A stretch of DNA of 64,000 nt, from positions 32,001 to 96,000 of the forward strand of contig JAUSGI010000006.1 of the NCBI GenBank assembly GCA_030649135.1, read 5' to 3'. A program made the position numbers and the translations under genes. This DNA comes from a bacterium (GTDB lineage: Bacteria; Patescibacteriota; Minisyncoccia; Phycocordibacterales; Zambryskibacteraceae). Below are positions 45,600-56,761 of this stretch, one piece after another (position 1 is the stretch's first letter; the number at the start of each line of letters is the position of its first letter). The notes beneath the pieces were generated by a model, which did no database searches, was not told the origin of the DNA, and saw only the letters and a program-made list of their open reading frames with translations.

Positions 45600-47891
45600 T
45601 TATAATGTTTTCGCTTTTATACGAAGTGAATTCGATACTACCGACACAGAGGACATCGCCATCGCAAACCCCGCAAAGACCGGTGAGAGAAGCCAACCAA
45701 AAATTGGGTAAAATAATCCTGCCGCCAACGGAATTCCGACAATGTTGTAAATAAACGCCCAGAAAAGATTCTGTTTAATACCTCGCATAGTTAATTTGGA
45801 TAACTTGACTGCTTTAACCAGTTTAGAGATATCTCCGCCAAGAAGTGTAATACCGGCGGTCTCAATCGCTACGTCAGTGCCAGTGCCCATGGCAATTCCC
45901 ACGTCAGCTTGAGCCAGCGCCGGCGCATCGTTGACGCCATCCCCCGCCATGGCCACCACTTTGCCTTGTGACTGTAAGTCTTTTATCTTTTCCAATTTAT
46001 CCTGCGGCGAGACATGGGCGATGACATCGTCAATACCGACCAGAGAAGCCATATGCTTTGCCGCTTTCTCGTCATCCCCCGTCAGCATGACGACCTTGAT
46101 GCCCAGTTTATGAAGGTCGACAATCGCTTGTTTGGACTCTGTTTTAACTTCGTCCGCCACCATCACAAACCCGAGCACATTGTCTTGGGTTGCAAGAATG
46201 ACAGGCGTTTTACCTTGCGCGGTGAACAAATCAATTTTGGAAGCATCGAATGATACCCCGAGGTCTTTAATAAGTTTGGCATTACCGACATAATATGTCA
46301 CACCATTGACTACTCCTTTCAGCCCTTTGCCTTGGATACTTTCGAAATCGGTGACACTTTCTGCATTTATATTTCTCTCCTGCGCATAATTCACGATTGC
46401 GTGCGCGATTGGATGTTCTGATTTTTTTTCAAGCGAAGCAAGAACTGATATGAGCTCGTCGCTCTTTAGGTTAGACATGTTTTGAATATCAACCAGAGTC
46501 GGCTTGCCGATAGTGATGGTGCCGGTTTTATCGACGATAACCGTATCTACTTTATGGAGTTTCTCAAGAGTAGCCGCGTCTTTAATTAAAATACCTTCTT
46601 TGGCGCCCTTACCCACTCCCACGATAATCGCCGTTGGTGTCGCTAAACCAAGCGCGCAAGGGCAAGCGATGACGAGCACCCCCACAAATGACACCAGTCC
46701 GTAAGACAACGCCTGTGAGAATCCAAGCAAACCGGTACCGATAGAGAGCCAAGCCCCTAAGGTCAGAAAAGCGATGGCCAGAGTAATGGGTACGAAGACG
46801 CTTGAGATTTTATCGGCCAGAGCTTGAATCGGCGCCCTGCTTCCCTGTGCATCTTCCACCATCTGTATGATATGCGCGAGTAATGTTTCCGATCCGACCT
46901 TGGTAGCTTTAAATATAAACGACCCGCTGGTATTTATCGTTGCGGCAACCACAGTATCTCCAACCTTCTTTTGAACTGGCATTGATTCACCCGTGACCAT
47001 AGATTCGTCGATAAACGAAGAACCCTCCGCAACGACACCATCAACCGGAATCTTTGCCCCCGGTTTGATAATAATAAGATCGCCATGCTTGACCTCACCT
47101 ACGCCAACTTCTACTTCTTTTCCATCGCGCATTACCAAAGCAGTCTTGGCTTGTAGATTCAGAAGCTTTTCGATAGCATCGCCAGTTTTTAATTTCGACC
47201 GGGCTTCCAAATATTTTCCAAGCGCGATAAAAGTAATGACGATAATGGTGACGTCATAATATGTCACACTAACGTCTATGAAAGGTTTGAGCACCTCCTC
47301 AAACGCAGTCACTGCCAAACTGTACAAGTATGCAGTCAGGGTACCGATACCAATAAGCGTATCCATATTGGCTTTGCCATAGCGGAGGAAACGATAGAAG
47401 CCGAGTAGGTATGGTTTTCCCACTACAAAAAGTGTATACGTCGCCATTAAAGGCAAAAGGTGATGAAAAAATTCACTAGTTACTTCACCCATTACCGGTG
47501 CTGCATTATATCGGGCCAGGATATCCCAGCTCATGATAAAAATACTGACTGCAGCAAGCGGTATGGCCGACACCACTTTCGACCGCATATCCACCACTTC
47601 CGCAAGCTTTTCTTTCTTTGACTGATTAACGCCTAAGTGCGCGGCGTGTTCGTCTACCGACATCCCCATTTCTCGAGCAGTGGGTACGAGTAGAGAATAT
47701 CCAAGCGGTTCAATCTGTCGGGAAAGAGCTTCGGGATTTGTCTTGGATGGGTCAAAAGAGACTTTGGCTTTTTCCGTGCCATAATTAACCTTAACAGACT
47801 CGACTCCCTCAACTTTTTTAAAAGTCTTTTCAATCGTTGACGAACATGAGGCGCAATGCATTCCTTTCACCTGATAAGTCTCGGTGCGCAT
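45600..47891 (-). CDS. copA: Copper-translocating P1B-type ATPase
   Basis: N-terminal HMA GMHCASC. TM CPC motif [18 protein letters not shown] phosphorylation site. [10 protein letters not shown]. Confidence 0.9.
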   Translation of the reverse strand: MRTETYQVKGMHCASCSSTIEKTFKKVEGVESVKVNYGTEKAKVSFDPSKTNPEALSRQIEPLGYSLLVPTAREMGMSVDEHAAHLGVNQSKKEKLAEVVDMRSKVVSAIPLAAVSIFIMSWDILARYNAAPVMGEVTSEFFHHLLPLMATYTLFVVGKPYLLGFYRFLRYGKANMDTLIGIGTLTAYLYSLAVTAFEEVLKPFIDVSVTYYDVTIIVITFIALGKYLEARSKLKTGDAIEKLLNLQAKTALVMRDGKEVEVGVGEVKHGDLIIIKPGAKIPVDGVVAEGSSFIDESMVTGESMPVQKKVGDTVVAATINTSGSFIFKATKVGSETLLAHIIQMVEDAQGSRAPIQALADKISSVFVPITLAIAFLTLGAWLSIGTGLLGFSQALSYGLVSFVGVLVIACPCALGLATPTAIIVGVGKGAKEGILIKDAATLEKLHKVDTVIVDKTGTITIGKPTLVDIQNMSNLKSDELISVLASLEKKSEHPIAHAIVNYAQERNINAESVTDFESIQGKGLKGVVNGVTYYVGNAKLIKDLGVSFDASKIDLFTAQGKTPVILATQDNVLGFVMVADEVKTESKQAIVDLHKLGIKVVMLTGDDEKAAKHMASLVGIDDVIAHVSPQDKLEKIKDLQSQGKVVAMAGDGVNDAPALAQADVGIAMGTGTDVAIETAGITLLGGDISKLVKAVKLSKLTMRGIKQNLFWAFIYNIVGIPLAAGLFYPIFGWLLSPVFAGFAMAMSSVSVVSNSLRIKAKTL

Positions 47892-47892
47892 A

Positions 47893-48222
47893 TTACTTTC
47901 TTTTAAGTTTATACACCTTGAGAATCTCCTCTGTCGCTTTGTGTGTCTGTCCGGACTTCACTTGGCGTAAGATGCAACTTTCCAAATGATTACCCAACAG
48001 TAAATCCTCAACATTCGAAAGACCTTGTTTAACCGCCGATGTCTGGGTTATGACATTTATGCAATAGGTATCCTTTTCCACCATTTCTTGAAGTCCTCGG
48101 ATTTGACCTTCCAGAATCTTGAGCCGGCGGACAATCCGATGCTTACTTTTGCTTTCCATATATTTCATGCAGGAATAGTATATACCCCCATGGGGTATAG
48201 TCAAGCCTCTACCTGTGGACAA
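47893..48222 (-). CDS. csoR: CsoR/RcnR-family metal-sensing transcriptional repressor
   Basis: 109 aa. Pattern C-x..H-x..C is typical of the DUF156/CsoR fold ([12 protein letters not shown] ... HLESCI). Confidence 0.75.
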   Translation of the reverse strand: MSTGRGLTIPHGGIYYSCMKYMESKSKHRIVRRLKILEGQIRGLQEMVEKDTYCINVITQTSAVKQGLSNVEDLLLGNHLESCILRQVKSGQTHKATEEILKVYKLKRK

Positions 48223-48233
48223 TACGCCCAGAC

Positions 48234-48309
48234 TGGAGCCGGAGGCGAGATTCGAACTCGCGACTTACCCCTTACGAAGGGGTTACTCTACCAACTGAGT
48301 TACTCCGGC
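48234..48309 (-). tRNA. tRNA-Thr (anticodon CGU), CCA encoded
   Basis: Manual cloverleaf: acceptor GCCGGAG/CUCCGGC. D arm ACUC-AGUUGGUA-GAGU. Anticodon loop UUCGUAA. T arm GCGAG-UUCGAAU-CUCGC. Discriminator U plus CCA. Confidence 0.85.
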
Positions 48310-48360
48310 TTACTGCTCTACTTCACCCCGCCTAGCCCGGGCGGGGCAAGCTGAGCTAAG
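48310..48360 (-). promoter_or_regulatory. Conserved upstream element of tRNA-Thr(CGU) with GC hairpin; second copy at 48472-48525
   Basis: Both tRNA-Thr genes are preceded by AGCUCAGCUUGCCCCGCC-(5-6 nt)-UAGGYGGGGUGAAGUAGAGCA, containing the hairpin CCCCGCC/GGCGGGG. Confidence 0.4.
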
Positions 48361-48396
48361 GTGGCACTACTTCGCCTAGGCTACGAAGTGCGAAGC

Positions 48397-48471
48397 TGGA
48401 GCCAGAGGGGAGAATCGGACTCCCGACCTCTTTCTTACCATGAAAGCGTTCTACCACTGAACTACTCTGGC
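48397..48471 (-). tRNA. tRNA-Thr (anticodon GGU), CCA encoded; T-loop UCCGAUU (C55)
   Basis: Manual cloverleaf: acceptor GCCAGAG/CUCUGGC. Anticodon loop AUGGUAA. T arm GGGAG-UCCGAUU-CUCCC. Confidence 0.8.
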
Positions 48472-48525
48472 TTATTGTGCTCTACTTCACCCCACCTAAG
48501 TCAGGCGGGGCAAGCTGAGCTATCT
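48472..48525 (-). promoter_or_regulatory. Conserved upstream element of tRNA-Thr(GGU); second copy of the element at 48310-48360
   Basis: See previous feature. About 90% identity over about 45 nt. Confidence 0.4.
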
Positions 48526-48600
48526 TGGCAAACAAAAGAATGGCTCTAATCTTATAGAGTTTAAAGCCCTTTTGCAAAATAGCGTCCGGATGACTGGTCG

Positions 48601-49485
48601 CTAATCGTCATCCTCCTCTCCTTCCTCATCTTCCTGCTTATCAAGCTTGTCTTCTACTTCCTCCAGACTTTTATCCGCCTGCTTCGCTAGTTGTTTGGCC
48701 CCTTGGTAATTTTCCTTTTGAAATAACTCTTTGGCTTGGGCCAGGAGTCTGTCAAATTTGGTAAAGAAACCCTGGGTCAGAACAACGCCATTCTTTTCAG
48801 CGTCGGCCAATAATTTTTGTTTCTCTGCCTCTGCTTCTCTGATGGCTTGTTCCGCGTCATCTTTCTTATCCAGTTCTTTCTCAATTTTGTCTTCTTCCTG
48901 TTCCATAGCTTTTTTCTGTTCGTCTTTTTGGAGTTCCAACGCCTTCTTCTGGCTATCTATATCAAGCAATTCTTTGGTTAAGGACTCCACCAGAGCGGTG
49001 TTGCCAGCTTGCCGAGCCTCTTGGATTTGATCTTTGAGTTCTTCCTTCCTGATTTTCAAAACTCGCTTCTGGTCTTTAAAAGACTGGTCAAGGGCACTTC
49101 GGGAAGCTTCAAATTGGTCATCAAGCTCTTTGGCAAGCTTACTGACATCTTTACCTTCGGTTTTTTCTTTCGTGATTATGTCGGAAACCCTGGCAAGGTG
49201 CGCGTCCATTCTGCTTTGGGCAACCTCAAGACCTTTGGCATCTATGCCGTCTGTTTCCAAGAGAATTTTAATCTCGGCAATACGTTCGGAAGCAAAACTA
49301 ATCTGCAGACGAGCTTTTGCCTCTGGACTGAAAGCCAGAAACTCTTGTAAAGCCTCACCCAATTTGTCCAAGAAATAAAAAGAGTTTAGCGGAGTCAGTC
49401 CGGCATTCGGCAACTCTGGCTCGGCCTGGGCCAGCGAGATAAACGGAACCAGCAACAAAACCGCAAGATATTTTTTGGTCTTCAT
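48601..49485 (-). CDS. Hypothetical secreted coiled-coil protein (294 aa), acidic C-terminal tail
   Basis: Signal peptide MKTKKYLAVLLLVPFISLAQA. E/K/Q-rich heptad-like sequence. Confidence 0.55.
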   Translation of the reverse strand: MKTKKYLAVLLLVPFISLAQAEPELPNAGLTPLNSFYFLDKLGEALQEFLAFSPEAKARLQISFASERIAEIKILLETDGIDAKGLEVAQSRMDAHLARVSDIITKEKTEGKDVSKLAKELDDQFEASRSALDQSFKDQKRVLKIRKEELKDQIQEARQAGNTALVESLTKELLDIDSQKKALELQKDEQKKAMEQEEDKIEKELDKKDDAEQAIREAEAEKQKLLADAEKNGVVLTQGFFTKFDRLLAQAKELFQKENYQGAKQLAKQADKSLEEVEDKLDKQEDEEGEEDDD

Positions 49486-49559
49486 GAATAAGCCTAAAAT
49501 ATTAATACTTAGATTATACCATGGTGCGCTGGGTAGTGGACCGCGGAACTAGGATTATG

Positions 49560-49790
49560 CTATCTCCTTTCTATCACAATTCCAATACATGCGTTTCCCC
49601 CACCAGCATCAGGGCAAGAGCGGCCATCGGGTGTTTTGCAAGAATTATCGATTTTAATTCCTAAACAGTCACACTCCCTGTGGATATACCCCCACGCGTA
49701 ATTCGTATAATCGCAAGATTTGGGATAAATAACATAACCAATAAGGACAAGCCCTGTTATTATTAAAATAATTTGAATAGTTCTTTTCAT
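49560..49790 (-). CDS. Small secreted Cys-rich protein (76 aa)
   Basis: Signal peptide/TM IQIILIITGLVLIGYVIY, then 7 Cys. Confidence 0.4.
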   Translation of the reverse strand: MKRTIQIILIITGLVLIGYVIYPKSCDYTNYAWGYIHRECDCLGIKIDNSCKTPDGRSCPDAGGGNACIGIVIERR

Positions 49791-49792
49791 AG

Positions 49793-49866
49793 CGCGGTCA
49801 ACCGGACTTGAACCGGCAACCTCTCCCGTGACAGGGGAGTGCTCTAACCAGTTGAGCTATGACCGC
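49793..49866 (-). tRNA. tRNA-Asp (anticodon GUC), no encoded CCA
   Basis: Acceptor GCGGUCA/UGACCGC. D arm GCUC-AACUGGUUA-GAGC. Anticodon loop CUGUCAC. T arm GCCGG-UUCAAGU-CCGGU. Discriminator G. Confidence 0.85.
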
Positions 49867-49908
49867 AATGGATTACAAATTAGCAGATTTTCGCCACTAA
49901 TTCAATTG

Positions 49909-49979
49909 TGCCGGTGAATGGAATCGGACCATTGTTTGAGGCTTATGAGTCCTCTGTTCTGCCATTGAACTACACCGGC
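49909..49979 (-). tRNA. tRNA with CAU anticodon (Met or Ile2); short, T-loop UCCGAUU (C55)
   Basis: Acceptor GCCGGUG/CACCGGC (G1-C72 paired). D arm GUUC-AAUGGCA-GAAC. Anticodon stem has an A31-G39 mismatch. Loop CUCAUAA. 4-nt variable loop. No CCA. Confidence 0.65.
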
Positions 49980-50044
49980 AATAGCCTTGATACTATATTA
50001 TGAAATCTTGATTTTCTCAATAAAAAGCGTATGATGGGCGGGAC

Positions 50045-50115
50045 AGCGGGTTGGAGGAGTAGTACCTCGACAGGCTCATAACCTGTAGGCATCCGTGCAA
50101 ATCGGGTACCCGCAA
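50045..50115 (+). tRNA. Non-canonical tRNA-like gene with CAU anticodon (A1-A72 mismatch, D-loop lacks GG, T-loop UGCAAAU), divergent from the previous tRNA
   Basis: Manual fold: acceptor AGCGGGU/ACCCGCA (6 bp plus terminal A-A). D arm GAGG-AGUAGUA-CCUC. Anticodon arm ACAGG-CUCAUAA-CCUGU. Variable AGGC. T arm AUCCG-UGCAAAU-CGGGU. Confidence 0.45.
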
Positions 50116-50117
50116 CA

Positions 50118-50795
50118 CTAAATTACCTGGAATTCTTTAAAGACCTTCTCGAAGAGAGCAACAACTCGTTTGGTTTCGCGTTCGCTTAATTGAAAGTCTC
50201 CCCCAGAATGTGCGATGGCATTTCTGACTTTGTGCGCCTCCCAAGCATCGTCAATGGTCAGAAATTCATTTTTATCGGCCGACTTGAGCATATCGCCTAC
50301 AGATTCCCCCAGGTAGCCAATGGTGCGTAAAAGCGATTCAAGCATCACATCTGCCTCGATGACAGCCAGACGCCAGTCCGAAGCATTATTGGAATTTGCA
50401 TACTTCAGAACTTGCTCCCATTTCTCGTTTTTCGGCTCTTTGACGGCATCTCCGTCCGAGACAGAGGTTTCGGGAAGAGGATTATAAATTTTATTTTCTT
50501 CAATATTGATAGCTCGCAGTTTCCAAGAATTATAAATAATACCAGCGATGGCAAGCAAACTCACAATAGCCGCCACAATCTTCCAAATTGGCCAGATATA
50601 TCGGAGGAAGTAATCCACTATACGGGCCCAGATATCATTAATATTGCCCGCCCCCAAACTTTCGAGATAGTCAACTAGGGCGGCAACTATCGCTGCGAGG
50701 AGGAGAAGTCCCGCCAATAGAAAGATGATGCGTTCAACAGTTTTTCTGTCGCTGTTATCTCCCGTGACTTTTATTGGTTTTTTCTCTTCTGCCAT
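50118..50795 (-). CDS. Membrane-anchored HEPN-family (DUF4145-like) protein, candidate RNase toxin or abortive-infection effector
   Basis: 225 aa. Two N-terminal TM helices. C-terminal helical domain with the Rx4H motif (HKVRNAIAHSG) characteristic of HEPN/DUF4145. Stop lies 3 nt from the tRNA-like gene. Confidence 0.55.
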   Translation of the reverse strand: MAEEKKPIKVTGDNSDRKTVERIIFLLAGLLLLAAIVAALVDYLESLGAGNINDIWARIVDYFLRYIWPIWKIVAAIVSLLAIAGIIYNSWKLRAINIEENKIYNPLPETSVSDGDAVKEPKNEKWEQVLKYANSNNASDWRLAVIEADVMLESLLRTIGYLGESVGDMLKSADKNEFLTIDDAWEAHKVRNAIAHSGGDFQLSERETKRVVALFEKVFKEFQVI

Positions 50796-50804
50796 AGCTA
50801 TATC

Positions 50805-52241
50805 TTATTCCCCCAGAAATTCTTTACCAGCGACAAATAAATTATCTTCTCGTCCCAGACCGGCAGTCAGTTCGATACCAAGCGGTAGGGCATGGTCAAA
50901 ACCGGACGGAATAGACATGGACGGCAGTCCGGCAATGTTGGCTGGTACGGTAAAAATGTCGGCTAAGTACATGGCGAGCGGGTCCGCTGTTTTTTCTCCG
51001 AGTTTAAATGCCGGAGTGGGCGTGGTGGGAGTTAAAATGAAATCAATTTCTTCAAATGCACGGTTCAATTCCGCCGTAATCAATGCCTTCATCTTTAGAG
51101 CGCTTCCGTAGTATTCATCATAATAACCGGAGGAAAGCACATAAGTGCCCAGGATAATTCTTCTGCGCACTTCCCTGCCAAAACCTTCGCCACGGGTTTG
51201 GAAATAATCTTCTATCACATCCTTACCATCTTTATGAAAACCGTATTTCACACCATCAAAGCGTGCCAGGTTGGAAGAAGCCTCAGCCGGCATAATGATG
51301 TAGTACGTCGCCAGAGCATATTTAATATGTGACAGTTCAACATCTTTAATTTCATATCCCAACGATTTAAATTTGTCCAACGCTTCTTTAAAATTATTCC
51401 TGATGCTCTCATCTATGCCTTCGCCGTCTACAAACGCCTGTGGAATCCCTATGACCCGGGAGAACTTCTTCCCAGAAGCATACGTTTCTTCTGTTATTGT
51501 CGTACTATCAAGAGCATCCCTACCCTTCAATACATCATATAGGATTTCAGCGTCACCAACTGTCTTTGTAAATGGACCAATTTGATCAAGTGAGGAGGCG
51601 AGTGCAATAAGACCAGAACGCGATACCCTGCCATAAGTGGGTTTGAGACCGACAACACCACAGAAAGCTGCCGGCTGCCTGATTGAACCGCCGGTATCGG
51701 AACCGAGAGCGGCCAGCGCAAGGTTAGCCGCCACAGCCGCCGCCGAGCCTCCGGAAGAACCGCCGGGCACCAGAGATAAGTCATGAGGATTTTTGGTTAC
51801 GCCATATGCCGAACTTTCGGTGGAACTCCCCATAGCAAACTCATCCATATTGGTGCGCCCCAGGATAATAGCGCCGGCGTCTTTAAGTTTTTTGACTGCA
51901 GTGCTGTCATAAGGAGACACAAAGCCTTCGAGAATTTTGGAGCCGGCAGTAGCACGCTTGCCATCCATGAGCATATTATCTTTAATCGCGACGGGAATAC
52001 CGAGGAGCGGAAGGTTTTCCCCATTGGCTATTTTTTTGTCGGCTAGCTCCGCTTGTTCTGAAGCGTCCCCGAAGACTTCAAGAAAAGCGTGAATGCCTGC
52101 CCGTCCCTGTCCGGAGGGCGGGTCACCATCTTTCTCTCTGATAGCATCTAAATAAGTCTGGGTCAAGTCGTGAGCTGAAAACTCTTTTTTCTCTAAAGCA
52201 TTCCGCGCGCTTTTTATGGAGAGTTTGGAAATATTAGGCAT
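50805..52241 (-). CDS. gatA: Glutamyl-tRNA(Gln) amidotransferase subunit A
   Basis: Amidase signature GGSSGGSAAAVAA. 478 aa. Confidence 0.9.
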   Translation of the reverse strand: MPNISKLSIKSARNALEKKEFSAHDLTQTYLDAIREKDGDPPSGQGRAGIHAFLEVFGDASEQAELADKKIANGENLPLLGIPVAIKDNMLMDGKRATAGSKILEGFVSPYDSTAVKKLKDAGAIILGRTNMDEFAMGSSTESSAYGVTKNPHDLSLVPGGSSGGSAAAVAANLALAALGSDTGGSIRQPAAFCGVVGLKPTYGRVSRSGLIALASSLDQIGPFTKTVGDAEILYDVLKGRDALDSTTITEETYASGKKFSRVIGIPQAFVDGEGIDESIRNNFKEALDKFKSLGYEIKDVELSHIKYALATYYIIMPAEASSNLARFDGVKYGFHKDGKDVIEDYFQTRGEGFGREVRRRIILGTYVLSSGYYDEYYGSALKMKALITAELNRAFEEIDFILTPTTPTPAFKLGEKTADPLAMYLADIFTVPANIAGLPSMSIPSGFDHALPLGIELTAGLGREDNLFVAGKEFLGE

Positions 52242-52525
52242 CAGAGAATTTTCTTTACCTTAATATGGCCACCTTCCCTCGCCGGAGCTTGCGCTAGAAT
52301 CTTCTCGGTATAGAGACCGGACTGGTGGGGCTCTCCGTCCTCCCTAAAAACATTAGACAAACCGACATTCTCCAGTTTGTTGGTTTGTTGGTCACCTGTC
52401 GCAGCCTTGACCTCGCCGACATAATCGAGGATAGCGCTAAACTCACGAGTCAGGTTCTCTGCCTCCTCGTCTTTTAACTCAATCCTCGCTAGTTTGGCTA
52501 GACTTAGTACTTTTTCCTTATCCAT
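52241..52525 (-). CDS. gatC: Glutamyl-tRNA(Gln) amidotransferase subunit C
   Basis: 94 aa. Segment VLSLAKLARIELKDEE. Overlaps the gatA start. Confidence 0.85.
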   Translation of the reverse strand: MDKEKVLSLAKLARIELKDEEAENLTREFSAILDYVGEVKAATGDQQTNKLENVGLSNVFREDGEPHQSGLYTEKILAQAPAREGGHIKVKKIL

Positions 52526-52529
52526 GTCT

Positions 52530-54554
<2,025 letters not shown>

Positions 54555-54998
54555 TTAATATGTAACGCGCAAGGCACGCTCCACTCGTCGAGGGCTCAAT
54601 AGACTACAGGTATTATAACCCTTTGATTCAATTCTGGTGGTACCGGTGGGCCCTTTGTTAACCGTCACAACGACACAAAATGGGTCCGGACTGAAGTCGA
54701 AAGTAAATGTGGACGTGGCAGAACCGCCGACCGGTATGTTGTTCTGATTGTTGCAACTTATCCTAGAGCCGGTCGAGGCGGAGAAGGCACTTGAGCCACT
54801 AGGATTTTGAACGTCCCAAAAGAGAGCGCATTCCACGCCGGAGTCTGCCGCGTAAAATGCCTGCTGTGATTCTCGGCCAGAAGTGGATACGAGCGCCTGT
54901 CTGACCGCCAGACTTACTATCCCTGTAGCAATTAGAAGGAGCGTTCCCGCCACAATCATCGCTATGAAAAGTGTGAAGCCTTTGTTTTTCATTGCCAA
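54555..54998 (-). CDS. Type IV pilus minor pilin / pseudopilin
   Basis: N-terminal class III signal KNKGFTLFIAMIVAG. Confidence 0.65.
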   Translation of the reverse strand: MAMKNKGFTLFIAMIVAGTLLLIATGIVSLAVRQALVSTSGRESQQAFYAADSGVECALFWDVQNPSGSSAFSASTGSRISCNNQNNIPVGGSATSTFTFDFSPDPFCVVVTVNKGPTGTTRIESKGYNTCSLLSPRRVERALRVTY

Positions 54999-55516
54999 TT
55001 TAAAATATTTTCTCTAGCCATGAACTGTCTGTTCACGATACCCTTTGACCAATCAACTGTCACCTTAACCGATATTTCATTCGCATTTATCTGTGTCAGG
55101 ACAACTTCCCTCCTGAAAACGGTGGCCGGCCAAGTAGAATCGTAGCCGAAGAACCCTGTGGTTGCATTCTGCCGAAGCATCGGGCAATTCCCCGGTCCGC
55201 CACCGCAACGAGCAGGAACCGGGCTCGCTACGGGGTCGACAACACAGGCATTGCCGAAGTAACAGGGGTCACTTGAATTGAGAGACAATCCAGTGAGCCA
55301 ATTTTGACTCTTTAAACCGTTTTCGTCGCGAATATTTCGCACCTGCTCGAATCCTTCTTGAGCGAGATAGAAAGCAATCACTTGGTCCTTCGAGAAAATG
55401 TATGACGAAATGCCTGACTGTACGGCACTTGCCACACCGGTAATCACAAGTACCAGGATGGCAATCGAGACAAGACTTTCTATCATGGTAAATCCTTTGT
55501 TCATGTTATATATCAA
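54989..55516 (-). CDS. Type IV pilus minor pilin / pseudopilin
   Basis: N-terminal MNKGFTMIESLVSIAIL prepilin motif. Confidence 0.7.
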   Translation of the reverse strand: MIYNMNKGFTMIESLVSIAILVLVITGVASAVQSGISSYIFSKDQVIAFYLAQEGFEQVRNIRDENGLKSQNWLTGLSLNSSDPCYFGNACVVDPVASPVPARCGGGPGNCPMLRQNATTGFFGYDSTWPATVFRREVVLTQINANEISVKVTVDWSKGIVNRQFMARENILNWQ

Positions 55517-56027
55517 AAGTCCGCTGGGATACGAGGGTCTCTAAGGTAAAGTCCGACCGACTTTTACCCGCACCGACATGGCTCTTGATTCTGACAATTA
55601 CCTTGGGTTGCAAGGTGTCGCCAGTAGCTGCGCCTAGAGTGTAGAAAATAAGGTCATCGATAATAATCTCCGGCGCGGTTACCGCTATGTAGCCGCCACT
55701 ACCGATTCGTTTTTGCATCGTCTCCCCATTCAGACGATAGGTAATCTGCGCGTTATCACTCGAGAGAAAACTCATGAGCGTACCACCAGTGTTGCAATTT
55801 TGCGGTACGGTGACATTGCCGGCACCGCAGTGATAATTGGTACCAAAACGCATTTCTTTTGACATGCTCTCCATGGCCAGATTGAGGTTGTTGAGCACGG
55901 TTTTTAGAGACCTGGATTTGCGATTGGCATCAAAGACACCAACAATCGAACCCATGGAGATAGTCATCACAATGATAAAAATGGATATGGCGACCATCAA
56001 TTCAATTAAGGTAAATCCCTTTTTCAT
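55506..56027 (-). CDS. Type IV pilus minor pilin / pseudopilin
   Basis: N-terminal [17 protein letters not shown] prepilin motif. Confidence 0.7.
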   Translation of the reverse strand: MKKGFTLIELMVAISIFIIVMTISMGSIVGVFDANRKSRSLKTVLNNLNLAMESMSKEMRFGTNYHCGAGNVTVPQNCNTGGTLMSFLSSDNAQITYRLNGETMQKRIGSGGYIAVTAPEIIIDDLIFYTLGAATGDTLQPKVIVRIKSHVGAGKSRSDFTLETLVSQRTFDI

Positions 56028-56761
56028 TGGACTGATATTTGACCAGTACTGTAGACAGTAACAGACCTGGTTGACCCACCTGGGCTCTGAAGCACTATCT
56101 TAGCCCCAATCATGTTCGGCGGATTAAATTGTCCCCCGCTAGTATTAAAGAAAATAAGTTGAGTCTCGGTATCTGGACGAGCAAAACTAATGTCCACTCG
56201 TCGAGCGACACTGCAGTTATCTGCACCAGAGCTTCGGACGACACAGAGTGATTCTATGTAGTTACCGCGAGAAATATCCACTTTTCCCAAACACTCTGAA
56301 GAGCCGCCTACAGGACACGACCAGTCCCCGTCGTAGCTTTGATTGGGAAGTGCCGGACCTATTGGGTCACGGTCGGCAAAAGAAAGATAGGCAGTATTGG
56401 AATCGGAACTAAGGAGACTAAACGCGAGACCATAGGAAGCGTCGAACTCGCCTGAACCGGGAGAGAATTCTTTTACCCCTATGCCATACGCCTGTGCTTG
56501 AGAAACCGACGAACTGATTTCATCAGCTAATCCCATAAGAGCGGCCCCGTCGGTATAAGTAGACTGATTTGAGACCACGACGGTAAGTATCACAGACACT
56601 ATGGCAAGAGAGACCATGAGCTCAACGAGAGTAAACCCCGCCACAGGATCGGCGGGCAGGCCACGATTGTTTCTAAAATAATGCAACATGAAGAATATCG
56701 AGATGAAACACCAAAGACATCCAAGCGCCCAAGATGATAGCCGGCGCAAATGGCACCTCAC
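56024..56761 (-). CDS. Type IV pilus minor pilin / pseudopilin (likely start at internal Met 56689)
   Basis: GFTLVELMVSLAIV motif follows a leader. The upstream part of the ORF overlaps the pilD C-terminus. Confidence 0.6.
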   Translation of the reverse strand: MRCHLRRLSSWALGCLWCFISIFFMLHYFRNNRGLPADPVAGFTLVELMVSLAIVSVILTVVVSNQSTYTDGAALMGLADEISSSVSQAQAYGIGVKEFSPGSGEFDASYGLAFSLLSSDSNTAYLSFADRDPIGPALPNQSYDGDWSCPVGGSSECLGKVDISRGNYIESLCVVRSSGADNCSVARRVDISFARPDTETQLIFFNTSGGQFNPPNMIGAKIVLQSPGGSTRSVTVYSTGQISVQ

